A stretch of 64,000 nt of DNA from Selaginella moellendorffii (taxonomy: Eukaryota; Plantae; Lycopodiophyta), in NCBI RefSeq assembly GCF_000143415.4, contig NW_003314318.1, forward strand, positions 1,227,690 to 1,291,689. Direction: 5' to 3'. Within the stretch, counting starts at the first letter, position 1, and each line of letters begins with the position of its first letter. The notes beneath the pieces are model-generated. The model saw nothing but the letters and a program-made list of their open reading frames with translations, was not told the origin of the DNA and made no database searches. Shown here piece after piece: positions 22,991 through 35,837 of the stretch. Both the position numbers and the translations under genes were made by a program.

Positions 22991-23504
22991 GAAAGCCTTT
23001 GCTGTTTCGATGCATTGCGTGTGGAGTTTATATACACCACACCCGCGGAGACGTCTGGTTTCCGGGGCCACAAAACATGGCATACTTGTAACGAACGATC
23101 ATGCACGGCGTGCGAGGCCACGATCGCCTTGACAATTTGCAAGGAGACCCCCTGGAAATGATCAAACGGAAAGGTCAAAGGGGTCGCATATTGGAAATCG
23201 TGTCCGTGCTATCACAGCTCGCTTGTCCAAATTGGAACCATGGAAAACAATGTTTCCTCTCATCACAGTACAACATCTCAGTACTTACAACTTTTAGAAT
23301 GCTCATGTTCTCCATATAATCAAAACATCTCTACATTTTGCAGCTAGCCAAGTTGCTAGATACTAGCAAAAATGCCCTTACAATGCTCAGAAGACATGGT
23401 TTTTAAAAACTAGCATCTCAGCATGAGAAAACATGGTTGTTCTAAACTTTCCATCGATCTAAAATCTTCTCGAGCTGAGAGAAGAATTGGGAGCGATCAA
23501 CCAA

Positions 23505-24523
23505 TCACACCATCCCACATCCACTGGAATGCCTCCACTGGAGATAGAGCAATCCCGCACGGTAGTGAGTGTACGCCCCGGCCACCACCAACACGTGGAA
23601 AAGCTGGTGGCTATGGCCGGCGATATCAAACCTCCCGGGCTTCCACCTCTCAGGAACCCTAGTCACGTACACGAGCGCGCCCATGCCGTAGAACAGCCCC
23701 ATAAAAAGCTCATAGACGGTGGTCAACACTATGACCGGCTGGTTGCCATGCAGGAAAATCTTGTGGACCACCGGCGCCACGCCCGACACGCCCATGGCCA
23801 CAAACAGCGCCGCCCTAACGGGGCGATAGGCGGCCGTCTGGAACACCGGGAGCAGCGATACCAGTATGGCGAGAACGCCCAAAAGCGTTATCACCGCCAG
23901 GTAGAGGTTTCTCCACAGCGGCGAGCACATGAACGAGTAGTAGACCGGCGGATAGAAGGAGGTGGAGATGAGCGATGCGATCCCTGCGTAGTCGAGGCGG
24001 AGGAGCAAATACGAGGCCCTCTCCGAGTGGCAGCCCAGGAGATGGGCGACGCTGCTGGAGAAGAGGCAAAACATGGCACCGCCCAGGAATGTGTAGATCG
24101 GCCAGCGCGCGGTCGGTGCGTGGAGGAGCTCGGCCACCAGGGTGGGGATTTCCACCGTCAGGATCACGTTGATGGTGAGGAAGACGAAGAGGAGGAATCC
24201 CACGCAGTGCCTGGAGCAAGGAAAGGGTGCCGTCAGTCCCAAGGGCCGAAAGATCATGGAATCGAGCGATGGAAAAAGGGGGAAAGGGATCGCGATACTT
24301 ACGTCCAGAAGTTGAGTGTCTCGTTGTGGATGGAGAACATGCTGAGGATCGTCTGCTTGAGCGGCCAATTCACCCTGTAGTGCTTGAGGATGTACTCGTT
24401 GTCGCGGAGATAATCGGGGAGCGCGTGGTAGTCCACCAGACTGTAGGCCTTCTGGAGCAATCGCCGCGCCTTGGATGGGCTCCCGGGGCATTCATCGCGA
24501 TCACTGGCAGCCATTGGGGACAT
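23505..24523 (-). CDS. Heptahelical transmembrane protein (PAQR/ADIPOR-like, hemolysin III family)
   Basis: LPDYLRDNEYI, SIHNETLNFWT|H, SSVAHLLGCHS, LDYAGIA, PERWKPGRFDIAGHSHQLFHVLVVAGAYTHY. One intron at about 24212-24302. Confidence 0.94.
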
Positions 24524-24693
24524 CGTCCCTTCCAAACCCTATACTGCCAAGGGAACCGCTTTCCCCTCTTTAAAACGCGAAGTCCCCTTTAGGCATATGC
24601 CAGGAATGTGCACGGGGATATGCGTCCTTTAATGGTTTATATGCCTTTTGATTCGAACTAAACTATAAAAAGGGTGTAAGGGTTTGTAGAGCA

Positions 24694-25149
24694 ATGGCGT
24701 GCGTTCTCGTGAATGGGCTCCCCGAATGGGAAGTTGACAAGGTGATCGACTCGAGGATCAATGCCTGCAACAAGCGCGAGTATAGGGTGCTTTGGAGGGA
24801 TTGGCCAGCGGAAACGGCGTCCTGGGAGGTGGCCGAGAATTTGGAGAACGCGCCGTTGAAGGTCAAGGAGTACTGGGCGAGCGCGCCATTCAGGTACAGG
24901 CGAGGCAAGATTTTTTATGTTGATCCCGAGTCTTTGGCAACTCCAGCGATAGTGCCAAGGGAGGTAGAGGTGGAACGAGCTGTGAGGGAGATTGTGGAGA
25001 GTCCTGTGGCAGAAGGGATGAAGAACCGAGCCCAGGAACTCCAAGCCGCTGCGACTTCTCCACGCAAGAGAAGAAGGCTAGTCCCTTTGGCGCAGAAGCA
25101 GGCAATGGCTTCGTCCTCAAGCTCGAGCCTTAGGAACAAAACGTTCTAA
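24694..25149 (+). CDS. Stand-alone chromodomain protein (151 aa, intronless)
   Basis: EWEVDKVIDSR...EYRVLWRDWPAETASWEVAENLENAP is a chromodomain; basic SPRKRRR motif; TATAAAA about 30 bp upstream. Confidence 0.72.
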   Translation: MACVLVNGLPEWEVDKVIDSRINACNKREYRVLWRDWPAETASWEVAENLENAPLKVKEYWASAPFRYRRGKIFYVDPESLATPAIVPREVEVERAVREIVESPVAEGMKNRAQELQAAATSPRKRRRLVPLAQKQAMASSSSSSLRNKTF

Positions 25150-26136
25150 ATTCCAGGAACGTTTTAAATTTCAAGAACAAAATGTTGTAAGCGTAGCTTA
25201 TTTTGGATTAGAGCTACACAAAAAATCAGGTTCAATTCCCGCAAGCAGACACTCACTTAGAACTATATTAGAATTTTTTTAGGAATTATTAATTTTAAAC
25301 ATAATATGATTACCTATCTTTAATATTGAAAGCAAAAAAGAACTAATGTATTATGGGGTAGAACTTAAAAAATATAGCAATAGTTAAGTAATTTATTAAT
25401 TTTCTAGAGATACAATTTATAGAAGGCTGCTTTTGTTGATATAAAAACATTTATTAATCTGAGTGTCAATTTTTCATCTGGTTATTTATTGTGAAAAATA
25501 TAATTTTATTTTTAATAAATTAACTGCAAAAGTGTGAGTCAATTGCTAGGTCCTTAAGATGCTCAGAAAATATATTTACCATCCCATCCATTTACTGTTC
25601 ACAAAAAGGGATGTTCAAGAAAGAACACATTTCAAATAAAAAGAATAAAAATGCATTTTAGTGAACCAGTCATGAAATGGAAAGTGGCAATGTGCTCAAA
25701 ACACAATAAAACCACCTAAAAGGAGTACAAGGTAATCTTTTTTGTGCTAAGCTTTTACAAAATTGAAACCTCTTCCTCACTAGTACTTCTTTGGAGTAGT
25801 CACTTAATATTTTGTCATCATGATCATCAGCAGCACATGCTCTAAATTCTATGGCACTTCCTAGAATGTGGTATTAGTTGGAGGAAAAGCTTTCAATCAT
25901 ATCAAGCCGCACACAGATAAGAATGCCAAAGTTCATCACTTTGGCACACAATGTCTTTGTTCTAGCTTGAGCTCTAAAAAAAGGGGCATTTCTAGAAAGT
26001 ACCACGTTTTCACATCAAAAGCATTAAAAGTAAGTGCATTTTAGTGAGTATGGGAAGTGTGAAGGGTGCTCCACATACAATCAACTTGGTATAAATATTG
26101 AAGCCAATTGACAAGAGATTTAGAGCAAACATACAC

Positions 26137-26360
26137 TGGACTCCACCAGAAATGAGAAGTAGCAAATGTCATTGTTTATTGGTTCTAGTTGCTAATGAAT
26201 AATAGCAATATCTAATGTGCTAAGTTGACGATTGCAAGGCAGACTTGAGCAATACAAATGACTATCACAAGCACCATATAGTTTGCAAGATGCATTTTAA
26301 GGCCCCAAATGGTCACATGTCATGAAACTTGCCAATTTTGCAACTGAAGCCTTTCAGATT
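26137..26360 (+). pseudogene. Decayed copy of the SBP-domain exon of the SPL gene (source about 32095-32390)
   Basis: AAGTTGACGATTGCAAGGCAGACTTGAGCAAT...GACTATCACA..GATGCATT aligns with 32200-32280. Intron-end GCCTTTCAGATT is also shared. Many C>T/G>A changes create stops. Confidence 0.8.
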
Positions 26361-26899
26361 TAGGATTTTTATTTTAAATTAAAAACTAATAAAGTTGAAA
26401 TTGAAAAATGATATGAAAACAAAAAAAATAATATTTTTCCATTTGACAATTCTTCTCTCCACTGATTAGGGCAAAAACTTTGACACCCTTCTAGCCCTTT
26501 TTGAGCCATTTTACCTTGTAAAAATGGGTGTTTTTTCAAAATGCCCTTTAAATACTAAGTAGAAATTATCAAAAGAAATTTTATGAGAAGGTAGCTCTTG
26601 TTCTTCAAGAGCAATAGAACAAAATATTCTTTTTCTGTCATAATGAACAATAAATATTTTAAATTAAATGAGTGGGTGTTAATAATATTTCTCTCAATCG
26701 ACTGGAATTTAGATTGCATGCCATAGTTGTCTTGTTTAAGGTATAATTTTACAAAGAAGAAATAGAAGGACAACAAGAGTTATCATTTAATTCTAGAAGG
26801 TATGCATATTATATATTCAATTTTTTTTCTTTCCATGCATTTAACTTCTAATATAGGAAACACAAAGGGAAGAAGATCATAAATCAAAGAAGCAACAAC

Positions 26900-29013
26900 C
26901 ACTTAGAAAATTCTCAACTAATTGAAATTTTTATTATCCTTAGGCTTTTACTAAAATTGATGAAAAAGGTATAATAGATTTAAACTTTTTCTTTTCTCAA
27001 TTCTTTTATATAAGGGTACATAATGGGTTTAAGAATTTTTTATGCTTAGTGTATCTAAGCTAGGAAAACAAATGTCTTTATTGGAGTAGGATTTGCTATT
27101 ATTCATTTGAATGTTTGAAAGATCATGATAATTCTAGTGATCATGTAGCTATAAAGAAGGATAAAGATTACAAATGAAGACTTGAAAATGACAAACAAAG
27201 GAGTTTGATCACTATCACATCAAAGCTTTAGGTTTTAAGTTCTTGCAATCAAAGATGTTGTTAAAGAGGAATTTTTTTAGAGCTGCAAAGAAATCTTTTT
27301 TTTAGCTTGATAAACTGTCATATAGACTAATTACCACATGAACTAGCCCAAGAGTACAAATAATCAATTTGAACGACACCTAATTCTTTATATAAGTTAT
27401 CTCAGAGACAAAGAAAAAGGTGTTCCAATCACAAAGTTTATTCAATTGTTACCTCTTGAAGATAGTATAACTAAATTAGTCTACAATGACATAATTCAAG
27501 TAGTAGAGAGCTTAAATTTGGACTTGAACAAACTTGTCACTTTGACAATAGACGAATGTAACACTATACAAAGGTCTATTATAAGAGTTGTTTAGCATTT
27601 CAGAAACAATATTCCAGGATTAATTAGTGTGTATTGCATAATACATAAAGAAACATTAGTAACAAAGGATGGATTGAAATTGAATGAAGACTCTACCCCA
27701 AATAAAGTATATTCTTAGCTAAAAAAGAGTGTAAATCACCATCAACATTTCAAGAAGTTATTTGAAAGCTATAATCATAAGTCATTAAGTTTATTATAAA
27801 TTCATAAGGTGCAAAAGTTATCACAAGGGTAAATTATCAAATAGTTTGTAGAAGTTATGCTAGTGATTCTTCAGCTTTGGTAATCTAAATTACCTGAGTG
27901 GTATGACACCTTGAGAATCTTTCAAATATACTTGTAACCCTTTTTTAATTATAATTATTTTTTATAATTGTTTTATATATTTATTATAGGTATAGTTTCT
28001 TACTCATTTCCTAGCTAATGTGTTTACAAAGTTGAATAAATTCAATCTAATGTTCTAACATGAGAGGACATTATTGGTGATCAACAGTTTTTTAGATTTA
28101 ACAATCTAAAATTTTTTAAATGGGTATTTGGCAAATTGTTGGATAGATTGAACATTATTATTTGATTCTCTATCTACTGGTAAATCTGGAAAGCTAGAGT
28201 ACCAAGTAAATAGATATATTATTTCTTATGTTTTAAGTTATAAAGAGATCCCTTGTAAGGCTGGAGTTTTGGATTTTAATATAATATTAGATATATGAAG
28301 AGGATCACTTAAAGGTTGCAAAAGTATTGCAAAGTAGTACATTTAGGAAGTGGTTAATAGTCTTAATTGACATTTTGAAAATTTCTCATTCTTCAATAGT
28401 TTGAAGATTTTTCATCCTTGTTCAATTTAAAATGATTTAATAGCGAGGAGAAAATAAATTTAACTTCAACTAGAATAACTTTTCTAGACATATACTTCAC
28501 CAAAGCTTCTCATTTTTATAACTATGCTAAACATCATTCAAAGTTTTTTCTTTAGCTGATTTTAGTATTTTAGTAAAATCATCTAGCTCTTGCATAACTT
28601 TCATATTAATGATAATTTGGTTATAGTTGATCTTATTAGTAAAAAATAAAATTGTTTAAATTTAGTGTTAACTTTTGTATTCTCAAATCTTATGAGGCTA
28701 TAGCAAGTTTGAATAACAATTCTAATTAATGCTATTCCATGTGAGAGAAAATAAGTAAGTGAATTTATTTTGGAAATATTAAAGGTGTTGATGATGATAT
28801 TCATAAATACTCCAAATCAAGATAATATAGATTGATGTAAAACATTCCAGATTTAGAATGCAAAGAAAGAAAGAAAAACACTTATATAATTAACCTTTCA
28901 ATATATTTTTTGGCCAAAAACTCAAATCGAATGGCCTAAAAAAAGATTTAGCCTCTTTCAAATGTAATAGATTAGAAAACTACCATACCTTTCAAATTTA
29001 TGCCTTGCCACTG
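26900..29013 (+). mobile_element. Highly decayed hAT-superfamily transposase remnant
   Basis: PGLISVYCIIHKETLVTKD (CxxH motif) at about 27614 and a dimerisation-like ...ITILINAIPCER at about 28710. Many stops; very AT-rich. Possible terminus GCCACTG at 29007-29013. Confidence 0.6.
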
Positions 29014-30034
29014 ATATTTGATCTCTCTCCCTCATATTGCATTTCTGTTTTGCTTGTGCATCCAAGATTTTTGTATCAAAAATCAATTCAATGAATTGAC
29101 CTGCTCTAATTCCTTCTCTCTTCATTCCAAGGTGGCGAACTTGGTAAGCAGCTAGTTTTGCAGCAACCTCAGCATCACCATAATTAGAGTATCATCACAA
29201 TCGGGCAGATCTCGTCAAAAGGAGCTTGTGGATCTTTGCGTGGTCAGTTTCAACTTCTCGTGACTTCCCTGCTGTAAACTCAGGCTCCCTGGATGCAATC
29301 TTGTCTGAGTTGAAGCAAGACTCTTCCAGCAAGAAATTAAAGGAAAATATCTCAATCAATCGTACATCTTGTGAAAGGCTACCAGAAAGTACCGCATTTC
29401 CTCACAATCGAAGGTCCTTGCCACGGCAAGATTCCAGGTAGAGATGTGGAGAATCAGTAGAGACACCATTCCTGGTCTTTGAGCGGCGAAAACGGCAGCA
29501 ATTTGCTCTTCTAAGAGCTGACGCTTTGTTCGTGGATTTGACAGGGGAGGTATGGAGTGCGTTTTGGTGAATGGGGTTACAGAGTGGGAGGGAGAAAGGC
29601 TGCTTGACGCACGGATTAACGCTGCAAAACAGAACTCTTGGAAAAACTGGCCAGCCGAATGTGCTTCCTACGTATAGCTCGAGTAGCAGACAGCAAAAGT
29701 GAATGTGACAACTAGCTCGAGCGACAGCGCTTTCGCTCTTCTTTTTTCTTCTTTTTTTCTCATTCTCACTCCCACCACGTCGTTGCAGGTAGCGATAATC
29801 TAGTGTCTAAAACCAAATGTAATGTCTTACTCGGCTAAGCAACCAACATGATCTAGAGAAAAAGATTCGTGCTGAGACTTCGGAGAAAAAGCTTAGAGCA
29901 ACATGCTCCGGAACTAGAGAAAAAGCTTCAGACTCGTTCTCAGCAGCTGGAGGAAAGGACCATACTTCCTAGCTACCAGTAAACCACTAGAAAATCTCTA
30001 CCTCAAAAAATTTACAAACCTATCGAGCTCAACT

Positions 30035-31202
30035 TTAGAAGCCGCCACGCATGTGTGCTCCAAGATCTCCAAACTGCTCGTCTGCCTCGTCGCTTCCAAA
30101 GTTGAGCTTGACCGCATCGAGCTTGCTGCGGAGGATCTCAATGGCATTCAGGAACATTTGAGCAGCCTTGATCGCTCCGGTGGATTCCACTGTGAAGATG
30201 AAGCTGTCCTCCTTGCCATAGATCTCCACAAGGCCAGGCTTTCCCATGGCTTCCGCTTTCTTGATCACTTCGTCATCATAAGTGTATGCCTCTGGGTCGA
30301 CCACTTCCACCTATGGAACAAAGCTTTGAGCTTTAGTTTCTTATCAAACTCTAAGCTCGACTGGCTGACCTGCTGTGTCTCTGGATTGATCTCAAAGACT
30401 TTGGTTGGGCTGCTATCGACCCATTCTCTTTTCTCCTCCAGGCTCAGCGTCTCCATGAGATTCTCATTGATGTGGATGTCAGGCTCATACTGAAACGTCA
30501 CGGTTGCCGCTGGCGACCATTTGGCATGATCTTTGGCAATGCCTTTCCTGGCAATGGCACGAAGCTTGAGCTCCTGTCCTTTCCGGAGTTTTACAATGAG
30601 AATGCCCCTGAGGTGCAAAGCAGCAAAGTCAGTGAAAAAGCATGAAAAGGAAAGAGAATCGCAACCAACTTTTTCTGGTTGAAGTTTTCGATGTCCGGGT
30701 CGTGTCCAATCGAGTCCACTGGCACAACTTGTGAATCCGAGCTTTGAAGATCATGGCTGGTAACATCCAGCGTTTCCTCGGATGTGCATTTCACGGACAG
30801 CGTGAACTCGATCGAGCAGTAGTCACACCTGCAAATAAAATAAAATGGTTAGAGCCATGTGTGATGCTAGCAAAAAAAAAGGAAGAGAAAGACTTAGTTA
30901 CATTCTTATTACCTTCCATCGCCGTCGCATTCGTCGCAGTCCCGCGAGTAGCGCATCTCCATGGCCTTGTCGCTGGTGAGAGGAATCAAACCTAGACGAT
31001 GCGCGATGAACTCGTCATTGAGGACCGACGAGTTCGCCTCAATCTCCACCAGGTCGATCGCCAGGGTCGGAACCTCGGCAATGATCACACGGCGCAGCGC
31101 ATTAGCAATGCTGGCGTCGGTATCGCGCAGCTCGAACTTGAGGAAATCATCCTTGAGGTCGCGAATCCGGACGGTGGGGAAGCGCTGATACGAAGCCTCC
31201 AT
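30035..31202 (-). CDS. NRPB3: RNA polymerase II/IV/V subunit 3
   Basis: [84 protein letters not shown]. Confidence 0.97.
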
Positions 31203-31679
31203 CAGCGCCCGGAGGAACCCTAAAAAATGGTCTCCAGGGTTTTAGGTTAGAACGTTTTTTTTTTCTTTTACCGTGCAGTACCAACGAGGCCCACCAATAG
31301 CGTGTTAGTCCGCTTTGTTGCTGCTACCTCTGGCAGACTTGACAGCCTCTCTCGTACCACCATGGCTGTTTCGCGCTAGGTTTAGGTCTCTCCATTCCTC
31401 CACTTGCTTTGCTGGATCGACGAGCGGCGGAGCGCGGCGCCAAGCGCTACAGCCAGATCTCGCGGCCAACAGGTAGTGTTCTTGACAGATTCCACCGGCG
31501 CGGCGGCCGGGATCGAGAATGCACTGCCATAGCCCGCGGATTCTCCCGTAATTTTGCCGCGGCGAGCTCCCGCTAGGCTTGGAGTTGGGGTTTCTTCCGT
31601 CCTTGTCGGTCGTCGGTGGGGGATCGATGAGCTTGGGGGCGAGAATTTGAGCTTGGATTGAGGCGAATTGGGCGTGGCC

Positions 31680-34600
31680 ATGGAGAGCGAGCCCGGCGTG
31701 ACTTTGGGGACGAGCTACTACCAGCACCAGTTCTTTCCAGGGGGGGATCTTAGCCTCTCGCCCGACCCGGGCGAGGTGAAATGGGGGCGCTATGTGGAGA
31801 CTCGGGGGCCTGAGAGGAATGACTGGGATGTCAAGGCCTGGAATTGGGACAGCCTGCTCTTCCTGGCACAGCCCTCGTCGGCGGACAAAGCTGGTTCCAA
31901 CACGCAACTTGACCACCACCACCATGCTGCTACTCCTGCCACTGGGCTCAGCTTAAAGCGCGATCAGGAATGGCTGGCCTCGTCGCCAATGAATGCGACC
32001 AAGACAATCGTATTGGATGCATCATCCACTGACGAGGACGATGCCGAGTGCCTGACGCTCAAGTTGGGTGGTCGTACGTACTCGTCTACGGACGAGTCCG
32101 CTAGGAATGGGAAACGGCAGAGGTCGACGTCTCCTGGTTCTAGCTGCCAGCAGCCACAGCAGCAACAGCAACAATCGCAGCAGCAGCAGTATCCAATGTG
32201 TCAAGTTGACGATTGCAAGGCGGACTTGAGCAATGCGAAGGACTATCACAGGCGTCATAAAGTCTGCGAGATGCATTCCAAGGCCGCGAAGGCTCTCGTG
32301 TCACGAAACATGCAGCGGTTCTGCCAGCAATGTAGCCGGTAAACTTGTTTCTATTGATGGATTTTCGGATTGAAAGTGTTGCCTTTCAGATTCCATCCAC
32401 TTCAGGAGTTTGATGAAGGGAAAAGGAGCTGTCGACGGAGACTTGCCGGGCACAACAGGCGGAGGAGGAAGACACAACCTGATACCGCGGCAGCTCAAGC
32501 TTTCCTGCTGTCAGAAGACGATGTAGCTGGCAAAAGTGCCGGGCTGCTGAAGCTGCTGCAAGTTCTATCACAACTACAAGGTACACAAGATTTTGATGGG
32601 AATCTTGATGTTAATCTGTTAGTTGCCTGCAGCAGCTAGCGCTCTTGAAAAAGCAAACGCTGTCCAGGAGCGTGATCTGGCCCTCGAGTATCTCAGAAGA
32701 GCCGTGTCCGTGTCAACTGCCCTGGGGGACTGTAGCAAGGAAGGCAATGGCTTCGGCCAAAAGCCTGAAGTGAAGTCACCGTACGATGCTCAAGTTCTCT
32801 CGGCCCTACCGGGCGTACCTTTGCTGGATGCGTTCTCCGTCTTGCTCCAGAACAACTTGAAAGCTCAGGCAAAGGAAATACCAGCGCCAGTGGTGTCTCA
32901 ACCTCTGCAAAACGGAACCGACTACTTGCCAAGAGGAAGTCATGCTCCGCCACCACCATCAAGGCCGGCACATTCCGTAATTGAGGTCGATGGTCCGTCA
33001 GGACATAAACCTTTTCCTTTCCAATCGCCCGTGGCTGCTGCTGTCAATAAGGCTGCTGTTGCTCCCGACTCGAGAGACGCAGTCAGGCCATCACTGCTTG
33101 GACTTCTGGGAGCACGCGATAGACCTCCCAGTCCTGCCGTACCTCCAACATCGTTTATTCAGGCTGGACATTCTCAACAGTCAAGTGAATCCCAATCGGG
33201 CTCCGAGCAATCGCCTGATAGTTCCTACGCTGATTGGCAGGTAACGAAGAGTTTATTTCTTGGAAGGATTTTAACGCGACTTCTTACAGGAGCGAACGGG
33301 AAGGATATCTTTTAAGCTGTTTGACAGGAATCCTGGTGATTTTCCGCAGCTCTTACGAGCACAGGTAAGGAGACAGGCTATTGATTCTAATCCAGTTTTC
33401 GCTTTGGCTAGATTCTTGAATGGCTCTCACATGTTCCCTCCGACATGGAAAGCTACATTCGACCTGGCTGCGTTGTACTGGCTATCTTTTTATCTATGCC
33501 AAATTCTGCATGGCAAAAGGTGTGCTGTCTTTGTTTTTTGGATCTTATTTCTATTGTCATTTTGTGCTCAACTCAGCTCTGCAATGACCTACTTGGGAAT
33601 CTTAAGCGGCTAATTGATTCGTCTCCTACCGACTTTTGGAACAAAGGCCGGATACTTGTGCAAGTTTGCGATCAATCTGCATATGTAGTCGATGGTATGC
33701 GTTCTGCTTTTGTGTCTTCTTAACCTGTTCTTTATATTTTACGTAGGGAAGGTGCAAGCTGTCAGCCTAAAATCAAGAGATTTTCCCGAAATTTTGGCTG
33801 TTAGACCTCTTGCAGCTGTAAGAAACGAGGAAACAAGATTTTTGGTGCACGGTGTTGACCTCGCTGGTGCAGATACGAGGTAAAAGATCATACGTCTTTT
33901 GGGATGTTAACAGAGTATTTTCTGTTGTAGAATTTACTGTGCGTTCCATGATGAATATAATCTTCAATCATGGAGCGAAATTGACGCAAACGAAGAGGAT
34001 GCTGAAGGCAGTTTGTGTTTCACACACACTCCGTGCGAGTCTATCGGCCGGTGCTTCATTGAGGTACAAACGTATGACAAATGGTAATCCATCGTTTGAC
34101 ATGATGGGCTTTCCAGGTGGAGCGCAATGGCGGCAGCAGCTTTGCACCCGTTTTGGTTGCAGACAATGCAATTTGTGACGAAGTGCGAAGCTTGGAAGAG
34201 GATATAGAGATTGCTTCGTCAAGAGCAGCGGCCATGGCAGACAGTTGTGCGTTCCCAGAGGAGTACTCTGTGGCTTTCGTTGATCTGGTGGAGCTGGCTG
34301 TAGAACACGAGACGTCCAGGTTCTTGCATGAACTGGGATGGGTGTTCCAGAAGCAACACTGGCAGTTGATGAAGAAACAAGATCATTGCGATCTCCGCAG
34401 CTCAACGATGAAGCGGCTGCTGATGTTCGCGGTGGAGCGCGAGTGGTGTGCAGTGGTGAAGGCACTCCTGGACACGCTCTACAGCTTCAAGAGCACCGGG
34501 AAGGTGGAGGACGTTGCGGACGTATTAGAAAGTGTCAACCTTCTCCACAGGGCAACAAGCCGGAACAGCATCACTATGGTAGAGTTCCTCTTGACGTATC

Positions 34601-35250
34601 AAAGCCCGGTGGCTAAGAGAAAAGAGAGCTACGTATTCTCGGCCGCTACGGCTGGGCCTGCGGGACTGACGGCTTTGCACGTCGCAGCGTGCATGATAGG
34701 AGCGGATCGAGTCGTTTCCGCCTTGACGAGTGACGCTTCACAGGTAACTTGGTCTTCTTTTTCTTTCCATGACTTTGTGTTTTTCGTTCCTTAGGTTGGC
34801 TTGCAAGCTTGGAACTCCGCTCGAGACATTAACGGCCAGTCTCCATTCGACTGTGCACTGTCTCACGGGAACTTCACGTACATTCAGCTGGTATGGAGCA
34901 AGATCGCGGCGTCCAGAGGCAAGTCTATTCCATCTCAAGCCACTAACTGGATCCAAAACGCGTTGAGCATCGAGCTGCCGCCATGGCCGTCGTCGTCGAC
35001 TCAAACTCCAGGAGGATCCAAGATGCTGCTTCCAGCTTCTTGCGGGAGCGAATGCGTAGCAGCAGCTGGGCAGCATCCTGTCCGGCAAAACTTTGCGGGC
35101 ATTCGGGGTCCCATGTACAGGCCCTTCATCCTGTCCATGGTGGCGATAGCGGCGGTGTGCGTGTGCGTGTGCCTGCTGCTCAAGAGCCCCGTGGAAGTGC
35201 GCTTCATCTCGCCTTTCACATGGGAGTCCGTCCAGTTTGGCCCCAAATAA
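31680..35250 (+). CDS. SPL: Long SQUAMOSA promoter-binding-like transcription factor (SPL1/12/14/16 type)
   Basis: [10 protein letters not shown] motif, polyQ, SBP domain [53 protein letters not shown], ankyrin-like [13 protein letters not shown]-terminal [18 protein letters not shown]. Confidence 0.95.
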
Positions 35251-35837
35251 TAATGTGGTTGTTTGTAATATAAACATCTAAATCCAATCTAAAATAAATC
35301 AACAGTTTAGCCTATACAATTTACCCAACCGGGCAGTTTGAGATATATAGGTTTGTTGTAAGAAGCATGGGATTCACCTCATTCACTCTTGTCCTTAGTA
35401 CCATCTATAGTATAAATATAAATTAAAGTCCCATTTGTATTGTATCTGGAAGTAAGAGGCATGACTGTGGTGTTCTGAAGTTTAATTCAATAGGATGCAA
35501 CAAAATTCACAGTGAGCCATTTTATACTTGTTGTAGACCATTTAAGTTGATAAGTAGTGTATGAAGCAATGTAGATAGATTATAAAATTCAGCAGATTAT
35601 CAACACAAAAAGCTATTATTTGCTAAGAGCTCTTTAAAAAGGACCTGGATGCCAACTAGATGCTACTAAACTAATTGTGCTAATTTAATTGTAGCTATAA
35701 CTTCTAGATGATAATGAATTTTAGCTAAAACTTTAAAGAAACATCTAAATGAGTAAATTGAATATTGAAAAAATGTTTAACCCAACTATAGTGTCATAAT
35801 AATCAGACTTGAGATCTCTTTAAAACCAAATGTAAAA

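Noticed and set aside
23487-24380. 297-aa + strand ORF
   Set aside because: Antisense shadow of the high-GC HHP/PAQR coding exon.
29020-29600. Gene-like GC content, possible minus-strand coding remnant
   Set aside because: All frames are broken and I could not assign a family.
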